A program made the translations under genes and the position numbers. From the sequence record MN508624.2: DNA of 64,000 nt. The stretch is one strand, 5' to 3'. Under the pieces are notes generated by a model. The model ran no database searches. It was not told the origin of the DNA and worked only from the letters and a program-made list of their open reading frames with translations. The DNA comes from Enterobacter phage EC-F2. Shown here in pieces: positions 37,617 to 45,632 of the stretch (position 1 is its first letter; every line of letters begins with the position of its first letter).

Positions 37617-37867
37617 GTGACAAAATCAGAAAGATTCATCAGGCATGGCTCTGTACTGAACCAACGATGCTTCGTTATGGTTGTGTGTTTGGGTTGGTTG
37701 ATAATGATCCTCAACAGGACATTGCAACAAGTCCGGTTGTTGAATACGCGATTCCGGCGAACAAATCGTTTGTTGAAGTGGTGACACGTTCAGGTACTAC
37801 GTATCACATCGTCAACCCTGATAACGATTTCATCAAAGACATTCTGAAATATATGGATGACCGTTAA
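37613..37867 (+). CDS. hypothetical protein (about 84 aa)
   Basis: ATGA overlap with the previous gene; stop overlaps the cd start. Confidence 0.35.
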   Translation: MSDKIRKIHQAWLCTEPTMLRYGCVFGLVDNDPQQDIATSPVVEYAIPANKSFVEVVTRSGTTYHIVNPDNDFIKDILKYMDDR

Positions 37868-38397
37868 TGAAATTCAAAGTAATGAATATGCTGAGAGCAA
37901 TCGATCGGAGTCAACGTTCTCAATGTATTTCGAATCGTGTAGGTGCTATTATCGCGATTGGTGGTCGTGCCGTCGCGTGGGGCGAAAATAATACGGTTGA
38001 CCTTGATTGTCGTTGCAACTCATGCAACAATCATATGGTGAATGATGACGGTAAACTGAAAGCGGTTGATCGTCCTGAACATTCAGCATGGTCAAACGAT
38101 AACGAAATTCATGCAGAAATGAAAGCGCTATTGAGTGCGCACACAAGAGGTGTTATACTCAAAGACGCAGCACTTTACACAACTGCATCGCCTTGCCCTA
38201 ACTGCGCGAAACATATCGAATGGTATGTTGCTAACGGGGCGATTACATCGGTGTATTATCTCGATAAATACGATCGTGGTAATGATGAATGGATTTCACG
38301 CTTGCAGAAATATGGCTGTGTCGTGGAACAAATTAAACGGGAAGAGTTAGAATCGTTTATCGACTTTTCCAAAGTAGTGTTTAACAACAATGAGTAA
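37867..38397 (+). CDS. cd: dCMP deaminase
   Basis: Zinc-binding deaminase motifs HAEMKAL and PCPNCAKHI; position pseT-cd-31 as in T4. Confidence 0.8.
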   Translation: MKFKVMNMLRAIDRSQRSQCISNRVGAIIAIGGRAVAWGENNTVDLDCRCNSCNNHMVNDDGKLKAVDRPEHSAWSNDNEIHAEMKALLSAHTRGVILKDAALYTTASPCPNCAKHIEWYVANGAITSVYYLDKYDRGNDEWISRLQKYGCVVEQIKREELESFIDFSKVVFNNNE

Positions 38398-38746
38398 AGA
38401 AATGTCTGAACTGAAAGTAAAAGCATCCGGCGAATATGTGATCATCGAAGCTACTGCGCGTCCGCAGGGTTCCGAAATCAAATCTGAATCTGGTATCGTG
38501 GTTGGTGTACGCCAGCACGGGGAACAACCTTTTTATGGTAAAGTTGTTTCTGTAGGCGTAGACGTTCCAGCAGAAGCGGCAGAACGAATCCTGGGTAAAT
38601 ATATTCCACTGCCAAGCGCTCACATGGCGAATGTTCCTGACCCTGATCTGGTTGCGGGTTACATTTCCGAAAAAGAAGCAAAAGAGAAGGAAACAAAATA
38701 CGTTTCCGCACATTACAAAGCAATCCAGGCAATCTACGAGATCTAA
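38390..38746 (+). CDS. 31: GroES-like co-chaperonin gp31
   Basis: GEYVIIEA...SGIVVG and C-terminal HYKAIQAIYEI parallel T4 gp31 (GEYVILV...SGLIIG...HYKAIPCLYK). Confidence 0.75.
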   Translation: MSKEMSELKVKASGEYVIIEATARPQGSEIKSESGIVVGVRQHGEQPFYGKVVSVGVDVPAEAAERILGKYIPLPSAHMANVPDPDLVAGYISEKEAKEKETKYVSAHYKAIQAIYEI

Positions 38747-38748
38747 AA

Positions 38749-39000
38749 ATGGCTAAATCAATTCAAGCAATTATCGCTGATACCGTCAGCAAATCCAAAA
38801 AGCTGTTCGACAAAGGCGAAATTCTGGAAGCCCCAGCGCGTATTGACGTAATGACAGCAATGATCATTGATGCGCATCAGGGTAAACTTAAATCCCGTGC
38901 CGATGAAGTCATGGCGTACATCGTCCAGTTCGAAGACGTATGTAAGTACGCGAAAGATGTTGATCCGTTGGTTCGCGAGATCTATCGCAAACAGTTCTAA
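38749..39000 (+). CDS. rIII: rIII-like lysis-inhibition accessory protein (tentative)
   Basis: 83 aa versus T4 RIII 82 aa; synteny immediately after gene 31. Confidence 0.45.
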   Translation: MAKSIQAIIADTVSKSKKLFDKGEILEAPARIDVMTAMIIDAHQGKLKSRADEVMAYIVQFEDVCKYAKDVDPLVREIYRKQF

Positions 39001-39007
39001 AAATTCC

Positions 39008-39084
39008 GGCCCTTTAGCTTAATTGGTTAGAGCGGGTGACTCATAATCGCGCGGTTGCTGGTTCAAGTCCAGCAGGGGCCACCA
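39008..39084 (+). tRNA. tRNA-Met (anticodon CAT; could instead be Ile2 if lysidinylated)
   Basis: Cloverleaf folded by hand: acceptor GGCCCTT/AGGGGCC, D-arm GCTT-AATTGGTTA-GAGC, anticodon loop CTCATAA, T-arm GCTGG-TTCAAGT-CCAGC, encoded CCA. The anticodon stem has a G27-G43 mismatch. Confidence 0.8.
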
Positions 39085-39089
39085 AATAC

Positions 39090-39165
39090 GCAGGTGTAGT
39101 TCAATTGGTAGAATATCTGGTTTCCATCCAGATTGTTGAGGGTTCGAGTCCCTTCACCTGCTCCA
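39090..39165 (+). tRNA. tRNA-Gly (anticodon TCC)
   Basis: Acceptor GCAGGTG/CACCTGC, anticodon stem TCTGG/CCAGA with loop TTTCCAT, T-arm GAGGG-TTCGAGT-CCCTT, encoded CCA. Confidence 0.8.
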
Positions 39166-39314
39166 ATTCGGGTGCGTAGCGCAATGCCGTTAAATGGTTC
39201 GGAATATGCAACCTTATCGTATGCGATAGGCTCTGTTGGTATCCGGTAATAGGTTCCCCGGAATGCGGGGTGAAGTAAAGAAACTTCCAGCCCACAAATT
39301 TAAAAGAGAAAAAT

Positions 39315-39734
39315 ATGAAAGGTCTTCAAAAGCTGTTTGAGTTAACCCCAAAAATTCGCGAAATCGTCGCTGCATCAACTGAAAAAGAAATCAACGGTAA
39401 ATTGATGAAACTGTTTACCGAAGAAATCACTGATTTCGATAAAGAATATCGTAAAGCGTTCGATGCGTATTCTGTTGATGGTTTCTTTGCATCACCGCAG
39501 GTGAATAGCAAACACGAATATCATCGACGATTCTTTGACTGGTCGATCGTCAATATCGTTCGTCGAACTGATATCGAACCTACGAACCATCAGTTGATCT
39601 CTATAGATTCTTCTGTATTCTTTATCCAGTACCTTATCACTGGTGGATTTAAAGCAGAAGGTATCCCGTTCTGTAACGAAGCTCTGGAAGAAGAGTTCGC
39701 AGAAGCGTATAAGTATATCAAAGCAGTTCGTTAA
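39315..39734 (+). CDS. hypothetical protein (139 aa)
   Basis: ORF with a terminator downstream. Confidence 0.45.
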   Translation: MKGLQKLFELTPKIREIVAASTEKEINGKLMKLFTEEITDFDKEYRKAFDAYSVDGFFASPQVNSKHEYHRRFFDWSIVNIVRRTDIEPTNHQLISIDSSVFFIQYLITGGFKAEGIPFCNEALEEEFAEAYKYIKAVR

Positions 39735-39739
39735 TCAAC

Positions 39740-39766
39740 AGGCTATCTTCGGATAGCCTTTTTTCT
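39740..39766 (+). terminator. rho-independent terminator (aggctatcttcggatagcct)
   Basis: Perfect hairpin plus TTTTTT. Confidence 0.55.
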
Positions 39767-39776
39767 GGAGAAGCAT

Positions 39777-40346
39777 ATGCGCTTTTTGAAATACGCAAGC
39801 TGGCTTGTACTGGTTCCCCTGGATATTCTTTCGGGTGTTCTGGCTATTCTGCTGGCTCCTTTCGTGGTTCCGTTCTACAGTGACGAAACCGGACACTTAC
39901 CTAAAGGGTTCCGTTGGATGGAAACATTCGATAACCCGATCGATGGTGATGGTGGACATATCCGGCGTTGGGCTAACATCCGGTATCACTTAGGCGATCT
40001 GGGTGTGTATGCGCAACGTGTAGGCTGGTTGTGGCGTAACAAAGCGTACAACTTCGCTTATCACGTCTTAGGGCGTGAAGCACAGTCAGACTTCGCCTGG
40101 AAGGGCAACCCGAAAACAGAAGGTGGTTCCGATCCTTCGCGTCACGGTTATCTGTTGATGTGGAATGATTCGGCATGGGGGCTTTATGTCTTCAAACCGT
40201 GGCTTAAAGTCGGAAAGGTTCAGTTCTGCTTACGCGTGTATTGCGGGTGGAAACTGAAACAGGAAGTAACTGACCCTAACGGGCTGGATCGTGCAATGCT
40301 GGCGTTCCATATCAACCCGTTACGTTATTATGTCGTAGAAAGGTAA
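39777..40346 (+). CDS. hypothetical membrane protein (189 aa)
   Basis: N-terminal TM helix ([27 protein letters not shown]); Trp-rich. Confidence 0.45.
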   Translation: MRFLKYASWLVLVPLDILSGVLAILLAPFVVPFYSDETGHLPKGFRWMETFDNPIDGDGGHIRRWANIRYHLGDLGVYAQRVGWLWRNKAYNFAYHVLGREAQSDFAWKGNPKTEGGSDPSRHGYLLMWNDSAWGLYVFKPWLKVGKVQFCLRVYCGWKLKQEVTDPNGLDRAMLAFHINPLRYYVVER

Positions 40347-40350
40347 TACA

Positions 40351-40713
40351 ATGAAAGCATATCAGATTTTAGAAGGTTTACACACTGGTACAATCTACCT
40401 GGAAGAAGGTAATGATGTTCGTGTGGTGGTATCCAAAACCCTCGAAATGGATTCAGTGATCGGTAAAGCTCGCGTTGCTCCATTCGCAAAACGTGAAGTT
40501 GATATTGAATTTCAACCCACTGTTAAAGTGGAAGGTGGACAACACTTAAACGTAAACGTGTTGCGTCGCGAAACTCTGGAAGATGCTGTGAAGCATCCAG
40601 AAAAATACCCACAGTTAACGATCCGTGTGTCCGGCTATGCAGTGCGTTTCAATTCACTGACTCCTGAACAACAGCGCGACGTTATCGCCCGAACCTTTAC
40701 AGAGAGTCTATAA
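40351..40713 (+). CDS. grcA: GrcA/YfiD-like autonomous glycyl-radical cofactor
   Basis: C-terminal glycyl-radical motif ...[33 protein letters not shown]; the last roughly 60 residues match my recollection of E. coli GrcA almost exactly, while the N-terminal half is divergent. Confidence 0.75.
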   Translation: MKAYQILEGLHTGTIYLEEGNDVRVVVSKTLEMDSVIGKARVAPFAKREVDIEFQPTVKVEGGQHLNVNVLRRETLEDAVKHPEKYPQLTIRVSGYAVRFNSLTPEQQRDVIARTFTESL

Positions 40714-40994
40714 TGGCGATTGAAGACGTACAGGGCTATAAGCCCCATTCGAAAGAAAAGATCGACAAAGTAAACCGCATCAAGGCCGCAGAAGTTGCCC
40801 TGGGCGAAATCTTCAAAGAACTGGATGAAGAGTATTCAAGTGATTACGCGGTATCAGATACCGATTCATTCACTACAGAAGAACTCGATGCGATGCTTGA
40901 ACGTATCCATCAAATCCAAAAGGCGAAAGACCGACTGAAAGAAGCCTCTATGTGGGCGTGTCGCGCGGTGTTCCAGCCCGAAGAAAAGTATTAA
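40713..40994 (+). CDS. hypothetical protein (93 aa)
   Basis: ATGA-type overlap with the grcA-like gene. Confidence 0.4.
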   Translation: MAIEDVQGYKPHSKEKIDKVNRIKAAEVALGEIFKELDEEYSSDYAVSDTDSFTTEELDAMLERIHQIQKAKDRLKEASMWACRAVFQPEEKY

Positions 40995-41000
40995 AATCAA

Positions 41001-41028
41001 GCCGTTGCCGAAAGGTAGCGGCTTTTTT
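41001..41028 (+). terminator. rho-independent terminator (gccgttgccgaaaggtagcggc)
   Basis: Hairpin with a GAAA loop plus TTTTTT. Confidence 0.5.
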
Positions 41029-41044
41029 CGTTTTTATGCAAAAT

Positions 41045-41109
41045 AATGCTTGCACTGAATCGTGAGTATGGTAAAGTACACACATCGAAACGAAACTGAG
41101 GATGACATT
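41045..41109 (+). promoter_or_regulatory. MotA-box-like middle-promoter element (aATGCTTGCa ... TATGGT) plus the conserved leader cassette
   Basis: aaataATGCTTGCActgaatcgtgagTATGGTaaagtACACACATCGAAACGAAACtgaggatgacattATG. Confidence 0.4.
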
Positions 41110-41406
41110 ATGAAGAAAACTTACAACATGAAAGAACTGGTTTGCTTCAACACTCGTCGTGAAGCCCGTGCGTATGTTCTGGCTGCTGGTAAGAATACCT
41201 CTGCTGTAATCGACCTGGGTACTGATAAAGCTGTTGGCGCACGTTGGGCTGCTGTTGTGGTTATCGCTGCTCCTGTGACTCCTGTTAAAACTCTGGTTCT
41301 GGGTGCGCGTAAAGCCGAAACTCTGAAAACCAGCACTTGCGGGGCGGGTGGTGTTCATAATGTTACGGTCATTCGAAAAAGATCTTTTAATCGAGTCGGT
41401 GTATGA
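41110..41406 (+). CDS. hypothetical protein (98 aa)
   Basis: ATG immediately after the conserved leader; competing antisense ORFs ignored. Confidence 0.35.
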   Translation: MKKTYNMKELVCFNTRREARAYVLAAGKNTSAVIDLGTDKAVGARWAAVVVIAAPVTPVKTLVLGARKAETLKTSTCGAGGVHNVTVIRKRSFNRVGV

Positions 41407-41496
41407 AGGTATACGGGGAAAACAGAAAGAACAATCTCCGAAGAGATTGATGTAATCAATGAATTTCTATGTAGACCATACGTTAAGAGAGTTATT

Positions 41497-41937
41497 ATGA
41501 ATATTGGTAGTGGTGATTCATACCCATCATGCGCATTGAGCAACTTCGCCCCGCATCCGTTTACGTTTGACGGGGTAGAATGTGCATCAATGGAGGGCTT
41601 TTTACAAAGTCTGAAATTCAGCAATCCAGATATGCAAGCGCATGTGTGTACGCTGGTTGGTAAAGCCGCCAAGTTCAAAGGCAAGAAAAAGAAATGGTAT
41701 CGCGATCAGACCCTATACTGGAAGGGTATGCCGATTCACCGTGAATCAGAAGCGTATCAAATCCTGATTGAAAACGCGTACAATGCTCTTTTCCTGAATG
41801 ACGGTTTCCGCCGTGCGCTGGCTGCAACCGGAAAAAGTACCTTGACTCATTCAATGGGAAAGAATAAGATGAATGAAACTGTGCTCACTGAACGTGAGTT
41901 TGTCCGAAATTTAACCCGATTGAGAGATCTGTTATGA
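41497..41937 (+). CDS. NADAR (YbiA-like, DUF1768) domain protein
   Basis: LSNFAPHPFTFDGVECASMEGFLQSLKF matches the NADAR signature (SNF..PF..DG..Y.S.EH.FQA.KF). Confidence 0.6.
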   Translation: MNIGSGDSYPSCALSNFAPHPFTFDGVECASMEGFLQSLKFSNPDMQAHVCTLVGKAAKFKGKKKKWYRDQTLYWKGMPIHRESEAYQILIENAYNALFLNDGFRRALAATGKSTLTHSMGKNKMNETVLTEREFVRNLTRLRDLL

Positions 41938-42212
41938 TAGGTTATAAAGATTATGATGAAAGAGTAGAATGCGCGTTCCTGTTCAAAGGCGCGATCAATC
42001 CGCTGGCATTACTCCACGCGCAGGGCGCTTTGAGTTCTACCCTGATTATGGGTGTTATCTACAAAGCGGGTGTGTATTACGTTACCATCGGCGCGAACAA
42101 CATCAACGTGATCAACAGCTATGTTGAAAAATGCAAGCTGAGAGATATCGTATTCGATAAAATCGAAATGGATGTTCCGGGTTTCGACGCTGTTTATATG
42201 TACAAGGGCTGA
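41934..42212 (+). CDS. hypothetical protein (92 aa)
   Basis: Overlapping start; operon. Confidence 0.35.
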   Translation: MIGYKDYDERVECAFLFKGAINPLALLHAQGALSSTLIMGVIYKAGVYYVTIGANNINVINSYVEKCKLRDIVFDKIEMDVPGFDAVYMYKG

Positions 42213-42214
42213 TA

Positions 42215-42436
42215 ATGGGTTACGTAATTTATTTCGATTGTTCGGATCTTGATCCGTTCGTTCTGCAACAGGCAAAGAAATATCATCAAGATATCATTGG
42301 TATCAGTGTCACGAACGATGATATGTTGTGCATCGAATTTGATTATTATCGTACATTTGAGCGTGACAAATTCCTTGCGGATATTGAAGCGTTTAAAAGT
42401 ACCCTTTTCTTTGATCGTTATGAGGTTAAATCTTGA
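42215..42436 (+). CDS. hypothetical protein (73 aa)
   Basis: Operon ORF. Confidence 0.35.
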   Translation: MGYVIYFDCSDLDPFVLQQAKKYHQDIIGISVTNDDMLCIEFDYYRTFERDKFLADIEAFKSTLFFDRYEVKS

Positions 42437-43050
42437 AACCAGTTATTCTTACCGACATTGACGGGATCGCCGTAAAATGGCAGTCGGGGTTGCCGTTCTT
42501 TTTGTCTAAACACAACATGCCGACCGATATCGCGCTGGATATGGTTACGGATGAAAAGTTCCGCGATATGACCGAAATCTTCGGGTGTGATCACCAACTG
42601 GCGAAAATTCTCATGGAAGAATACAACAACAGTTCGTTTATTCGCTATCTAAGCGCGTATGACGATGCGTTGATTGTGATCAACCGCCTGAAAGCCCAAT
42701 ATGATTTCGTGGCTGTCACGGCGCTGGGAACCACTCCTACGGCAAGCCTTAACCGTATTGCGAACCTGAACACGCTGTTCCCTTCTGCATTCAAAGAAGT
42801 GATGGTTGTCGGGCATGGTGAAACCAAAGTACACCGCTACCTGGAAGCGAAAGCCAAATATGGCAATCGTCTGGTTTGCTTCGTTGATGATCTTGCGGTA
42901 AACTTAAACGAATGTCATAACGTCATCAGTCAGTTGCCGTTATTCCATATGTTGCGTGGTGAACGTGAAACCCCGTGGTCGCCTCACCAGTCAGTTAAAT
43001 CATGGTTTGAAATCGAAGAGAAATTACATGATCTTACAGATTCTAAATGA
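42433..43050 (+). CDS. HAD-superfamily phosphatase-like protein (tentative)
   Basis: N-terminal ILTDIDG fits HAD motif I (DxDG); 205 aa. Confidence 0.4.
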   Translation: MKPVILTDIDGIAVKWQSGLPFFLSKHNMPTDIALDMVTDEKFRDMTEIFGCDHQLAKILMEEYNNSSFIRYLSAYDDALIVINRLKAQYDFVAVTALGTTPTASLNRIANLNTLFPSAFKEVMVVGHGETKVHRYLEAKAKYGNRLVCFVDDLAVNLNECHNVISQLPLFHMLRGERETPWSPHQSVKSWFEIEEKLHDLTDSK

Positions 43051-44551
43051 ACTCGCTTCGACTCTGAAAATTTCAGAGAAGGAAGCGATCCTGAAACGTA
43101 ATGCAGGTAATGATCTGCTAAAAGAGATTTTCCGCATTACGTACACGAAACAGATTATGTTTCACATTAAGAAGTTTCCGCAGGTGGACGGTAAGCCAGG
43201 CACAACCCCGCTATCGAATGCTATCGCGGATTTGATGTCTGATTTGGCAACGCGAAAATATACGGGCAATGCAGCCCGTGATCGTCTGCTGGATATCGTA
43301 TCATCGGTGAATGAGAATGATCGCGAAGTGCTTCGCCGTATCATTAACCGCGATCTGGAATGTGGTGCTGGTACAACGTTACCAAACCGCGTATGGAAGA
43401 AACTCATTCCAGAACAGCCTCAGTGCCTCGCTACGCCGTTTAGCGAAAAAGCATTAAAACGTATTCGCTTCCCTGCTTACTCGCAGCTTAAAGCCGATGG
43501 TGCGCGTTGTATGTCCGATCTGTTAGAGAATCAGATCCGCAAAGCAACCCGCGCGGGAAATGAGTATGAAGGTTTGGTGAATCTGGACAAGGATCTGAAA
43601 AAGATTCGTGAATATCTGGGTTATGATGTTGTACTTGATGGAGAACTGATTTATGTCCCTGCTGAAAAAACTGCTGTCGTTCCTTCAAACAGCGTTCCAT
43701 TTAGTCTTGCTGGGTTTATGGGCGATGACGACGATTCTGTTTCTGACCTTGTGGCAGATGTTAGGCGGGAAGCTACCGAGAACGAGACACAAGCGGAAGC
43801 GAAACGCGAAGAGGGCAACGGGATTGTAAACAAATCCCTGAAAGGCACTATCAGCGACGAAGAACAGCGCAATATCGTTTATGTTGTCTGGGATATCGTA
43901 CCGTATGAAGTGTACTATGGTGATGCTCCGAGTGTTCAACCATATTGCGATCGCTTTAGCATCCTGGAAGGTGCGCTGGCTGGCTCTGGTGTAACATCGG
44001 TTAAGCTGATCCCTTCTATCCTGGTGCAGAACTACGCGGAAGCGAAAAAGGATTACAACAATTACCGCAATGACGGTAAAGAGGGTTCAATCCTGAAAAA
44101 CGTTGATTTCAAATGGAAGGATTCACGCGTTGCGGATCAGGTGAAGTTGAAGAACAAAACACCGATCGAACTGCGAATCATTGACGTGTACGAACACACC
44201 AAAGAACCTCATAAGGTTGGCGGGTTCGTGGTTGAGGACTTATCAGGAGAAGCCAGAACAAACACAGGTTCCGGTCTGACTGATACGGATTACCGATACG
44301 ATGAAGACGGTATTAACCGCGTGTACATCCCGTTAGAAGAACGTGGTGAACTGGATCGCGAATACATTATGGCGAACAAAGATGACTATATCGGCGCTAT
44401 CGTCGAAATGGAAGTTGACGGACTCCAGAAATCGAAAACGCGTAAGAAGGGCGAACCTGAGTTCAGTTTCTTCCTGCCAATCATCAAGAAGATTCGACGC
44501 GATAAGACCGAACCGGATGACATTCACGTTATCTTCGCTGATCTGTTTTAA
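43028..44551 (+). CDS. 30: ATP-dependent DNA ligase gp30
   Basis: MILQILNELAS...FPAYSQLKADGARC (KxDG adenylation motif) and C-terminal FLPIIKKIRRDKTEPDDIHVIFADLF parallel T4 ligase; carries an acidic insertion (DDDDSVSDL...) not present in T4. Confidence 0.9.
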   Translation: MILQILNELASTLKISEKEAILKRNAGNDLLKEIFRITYTKQIMFHIKKFPQVDGKPGTTPLSNAIADLMSDLATRKYTGNAARDRLLDIVSSVNENDREVLRRIINRDLECGAGTTLPNRVWKKLIPEQPQCLATPFSEKALKRIRFPAYSQLKADGARCMSDLLENQIRKATRAGNEYEGLVNLDKDLKKIREYLGYDVVLDGELIYVPAEKTAVVPSNSVPFSLAGFMGDDDDSVSDLVADVRREATENETQAEAKREEGNGIVNKSLKGTISDEEQRNIVYVVWDIVPYEVYYGDAPSVQPYCDRFSILEGALAGSGVTSVKLIPSILVQNYAEAKKDYNNYRNDGKEGSILKNVDFKWKDSRVADQVKLKNKTPIELRIIDVYEHTKEPHKVGGFVVEDLSGEARTNTGSGLTDTDYRYDEDGINRVYIPLEERGELDREYIMANKDDYIGAIVEMEVDGLQKSKTRKKGEPEFSFFLPIIKKIRRDKTEPDDIHVIFADLF

Positions 44552-44569
44552 ATAGCACTTTTTGCTAAA

Positions 44570-44643
44570 GAAGCCCCTTGCATATGTGAGGGGCTTTTTG
44601 TATATTACACACATCGAAACGAAACAGACAAAAGGAACATCCC
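44570..44643 (+). promoter_or_regulatory. PeSL-like cassette: terminator hairpin (agccccttgcatatgtgaggggct) fused to TATATT plus the conserved leader
   Basis: aagccccttgcatatgtgaggggctttttgTATATTACACACATCGAAACGAAACAGACAAAAGGAACatcccATG. Confidence 0.55.
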
Positions 44644-44916
44644 ATGCAAATCACTAAAGAACTCGAAGGCAAAGTAATCGTTCTGGTAAATGAAGACCGT
44701 TTGGCACAACTGGGTAACGGTGGTGAAAAACTGCCAGCGGACGCACTCGAAAGCCTTTCTAAAATGCGCGTGATGCGCGTTACTGACGGTTGGGTTACTT
44801 GTCTGCCTCTGAACGACGAAGACAAAGCCGTATACGATGCACAAGCGGATTCATGGGATATCGAAGTACCTCTGGTAAACATCGAAGTTGAAGAGTGCTA
44901 CGAAATCGAAAAATAA
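44644..44916 (+). CDS. hypothetical protein (90 aa)
   Basis: ATG after the conserved leader. Confidence 0.45.
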   Translation: MQITKELEGKVIVLVNEDRLAQLGNGGEKLPADALESLSKMRVMRVTDGWVTCLPLNDEDKAVYDAQADSWDIEVPLVNIEVEECYEIEK

Positions 44917-44977
44917 TGCTTGCTTACTGGGTAATGTAGTGGTACATTACCCATATCGAAACGAAAGGAGAAACATC
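44911..44977 (+). promoter_or_regulatory. MotA-box-like element (aATGCTTGCt) plus a variant of the conserved leader
   Basis: aaataATGCTTGCTtactgggtaatgtagtggtacattacccATATCGAAACGAAAGGAGaaacatcATG. Confidence 0.4.
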
Positions 44978-45157
44978 ATGAAAATTATACACACTGCAAA
45001 TCAACTTCAAAACGGCAACTACGCTATCCACGATGCTATCGGTGCGCTGGTTGGGGTTTATCTTCATGGTATCAAACTCCTTGAAGTAAGTGGGAATACC
45101 TTTTATGGTGTTGAAAACATCGAAGCAGCGATGGAAATTATCGGTGACCTGAAATGA
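44978..45157 (+). CDS. hypothetical protein (about 59 aa)
   Basis: ATG with a GGAG RBS after the leader. Confidence 0.4.
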   Translation: MKIIHTANQLQNGNYAIHDAIGALVGVYLHGIKLLEVSGNTFYGVENIEAAMEIIGDLK

Positions 45158-45345
45158 GTAAGAAACTCGAAATATTCGAAACTATCAGCGAAGACCCGAA
45201 TCTTCGCTGGTGCTGTGCGAAAACTGGGTTTGATGCTGCATGGGGTGATACTCCAGAACAGGCGCGTAAAAACTGGGAACACCAACAATTGTTTTTTGCC
45301 TGTCGGGTTCCTACCAATTATGAGGGGAGTCAATTGTTAGCATGA
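45154..45345 (+). CDS. hypothetical protein (63 aa)
   Basis: ATGA overlap. Confidence 0.35.
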   Translation: MSKKLEIFETISEDPNLRWCCAKTGFDAAWGDTPEQARKNWEHQQLFFACRVPTNYEGSQLLA

Positions 45346-45632
45346 AAAATAAAGAATATGACCCAATAGAAGTTAAAGAGCGGTTATCGGTAGCAAGAAG
45401 ATTCCTTGAATCTATCGACCCTGATAAACTTGGAAAATGCCCTGATACGATTTGCCTTAATTGTGGGCGATCCGTAATGGTTGGAAAGTGCTGTGATAAT
45501 CAGAATATCGTTATCATGGACAGGAAAGAAGTTTCACCGGAAGTGTGGGATCAGATTCAAGAGATCATCAAAAACCCACCTGAACCGACGAAACGTTTAC
45601 GCGAACTTATGAGCAGGAAAACCACGTTATGA
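45342..45632 (+). CDS. zinc-ribbon protein (CPDTICLNCG...CCDN)
   Basis: Four-Cys cluster; operon ORF. Confidence 0.4.
   Translation: MKNKEYDPIEVKERLSVARRFLESIDPDKLGKCPDTICLNCGRSVMVGKCCDNQNIVIMDRKEVSPEVWDQIQEIIKNPPEPTKRLRELMSRKTTL

Noticed and set aside
39101-39295. 64-aa minus-strand ORF
   Set aside because: Overlaps both tRNA genes and the structured non-coding stretch; no RBS; almost certainly spurious.
39166-39300. Third tRNA gene after tRNA-Gly
   Set aside because: I could not find complementary acceptor strands or a T-arm consensus. Kept only as a possible small RNA in the findings.
41121-41336. Minus-strand 71-aa ORF competing with the plus-strand 98-aa ORF at 41110-41406
   Set aside because: The plus-strand ATG follows the conserved leader and a terminator/promoter. 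The minus ORF has no upstream signals and lies inside a plus-strand operon.
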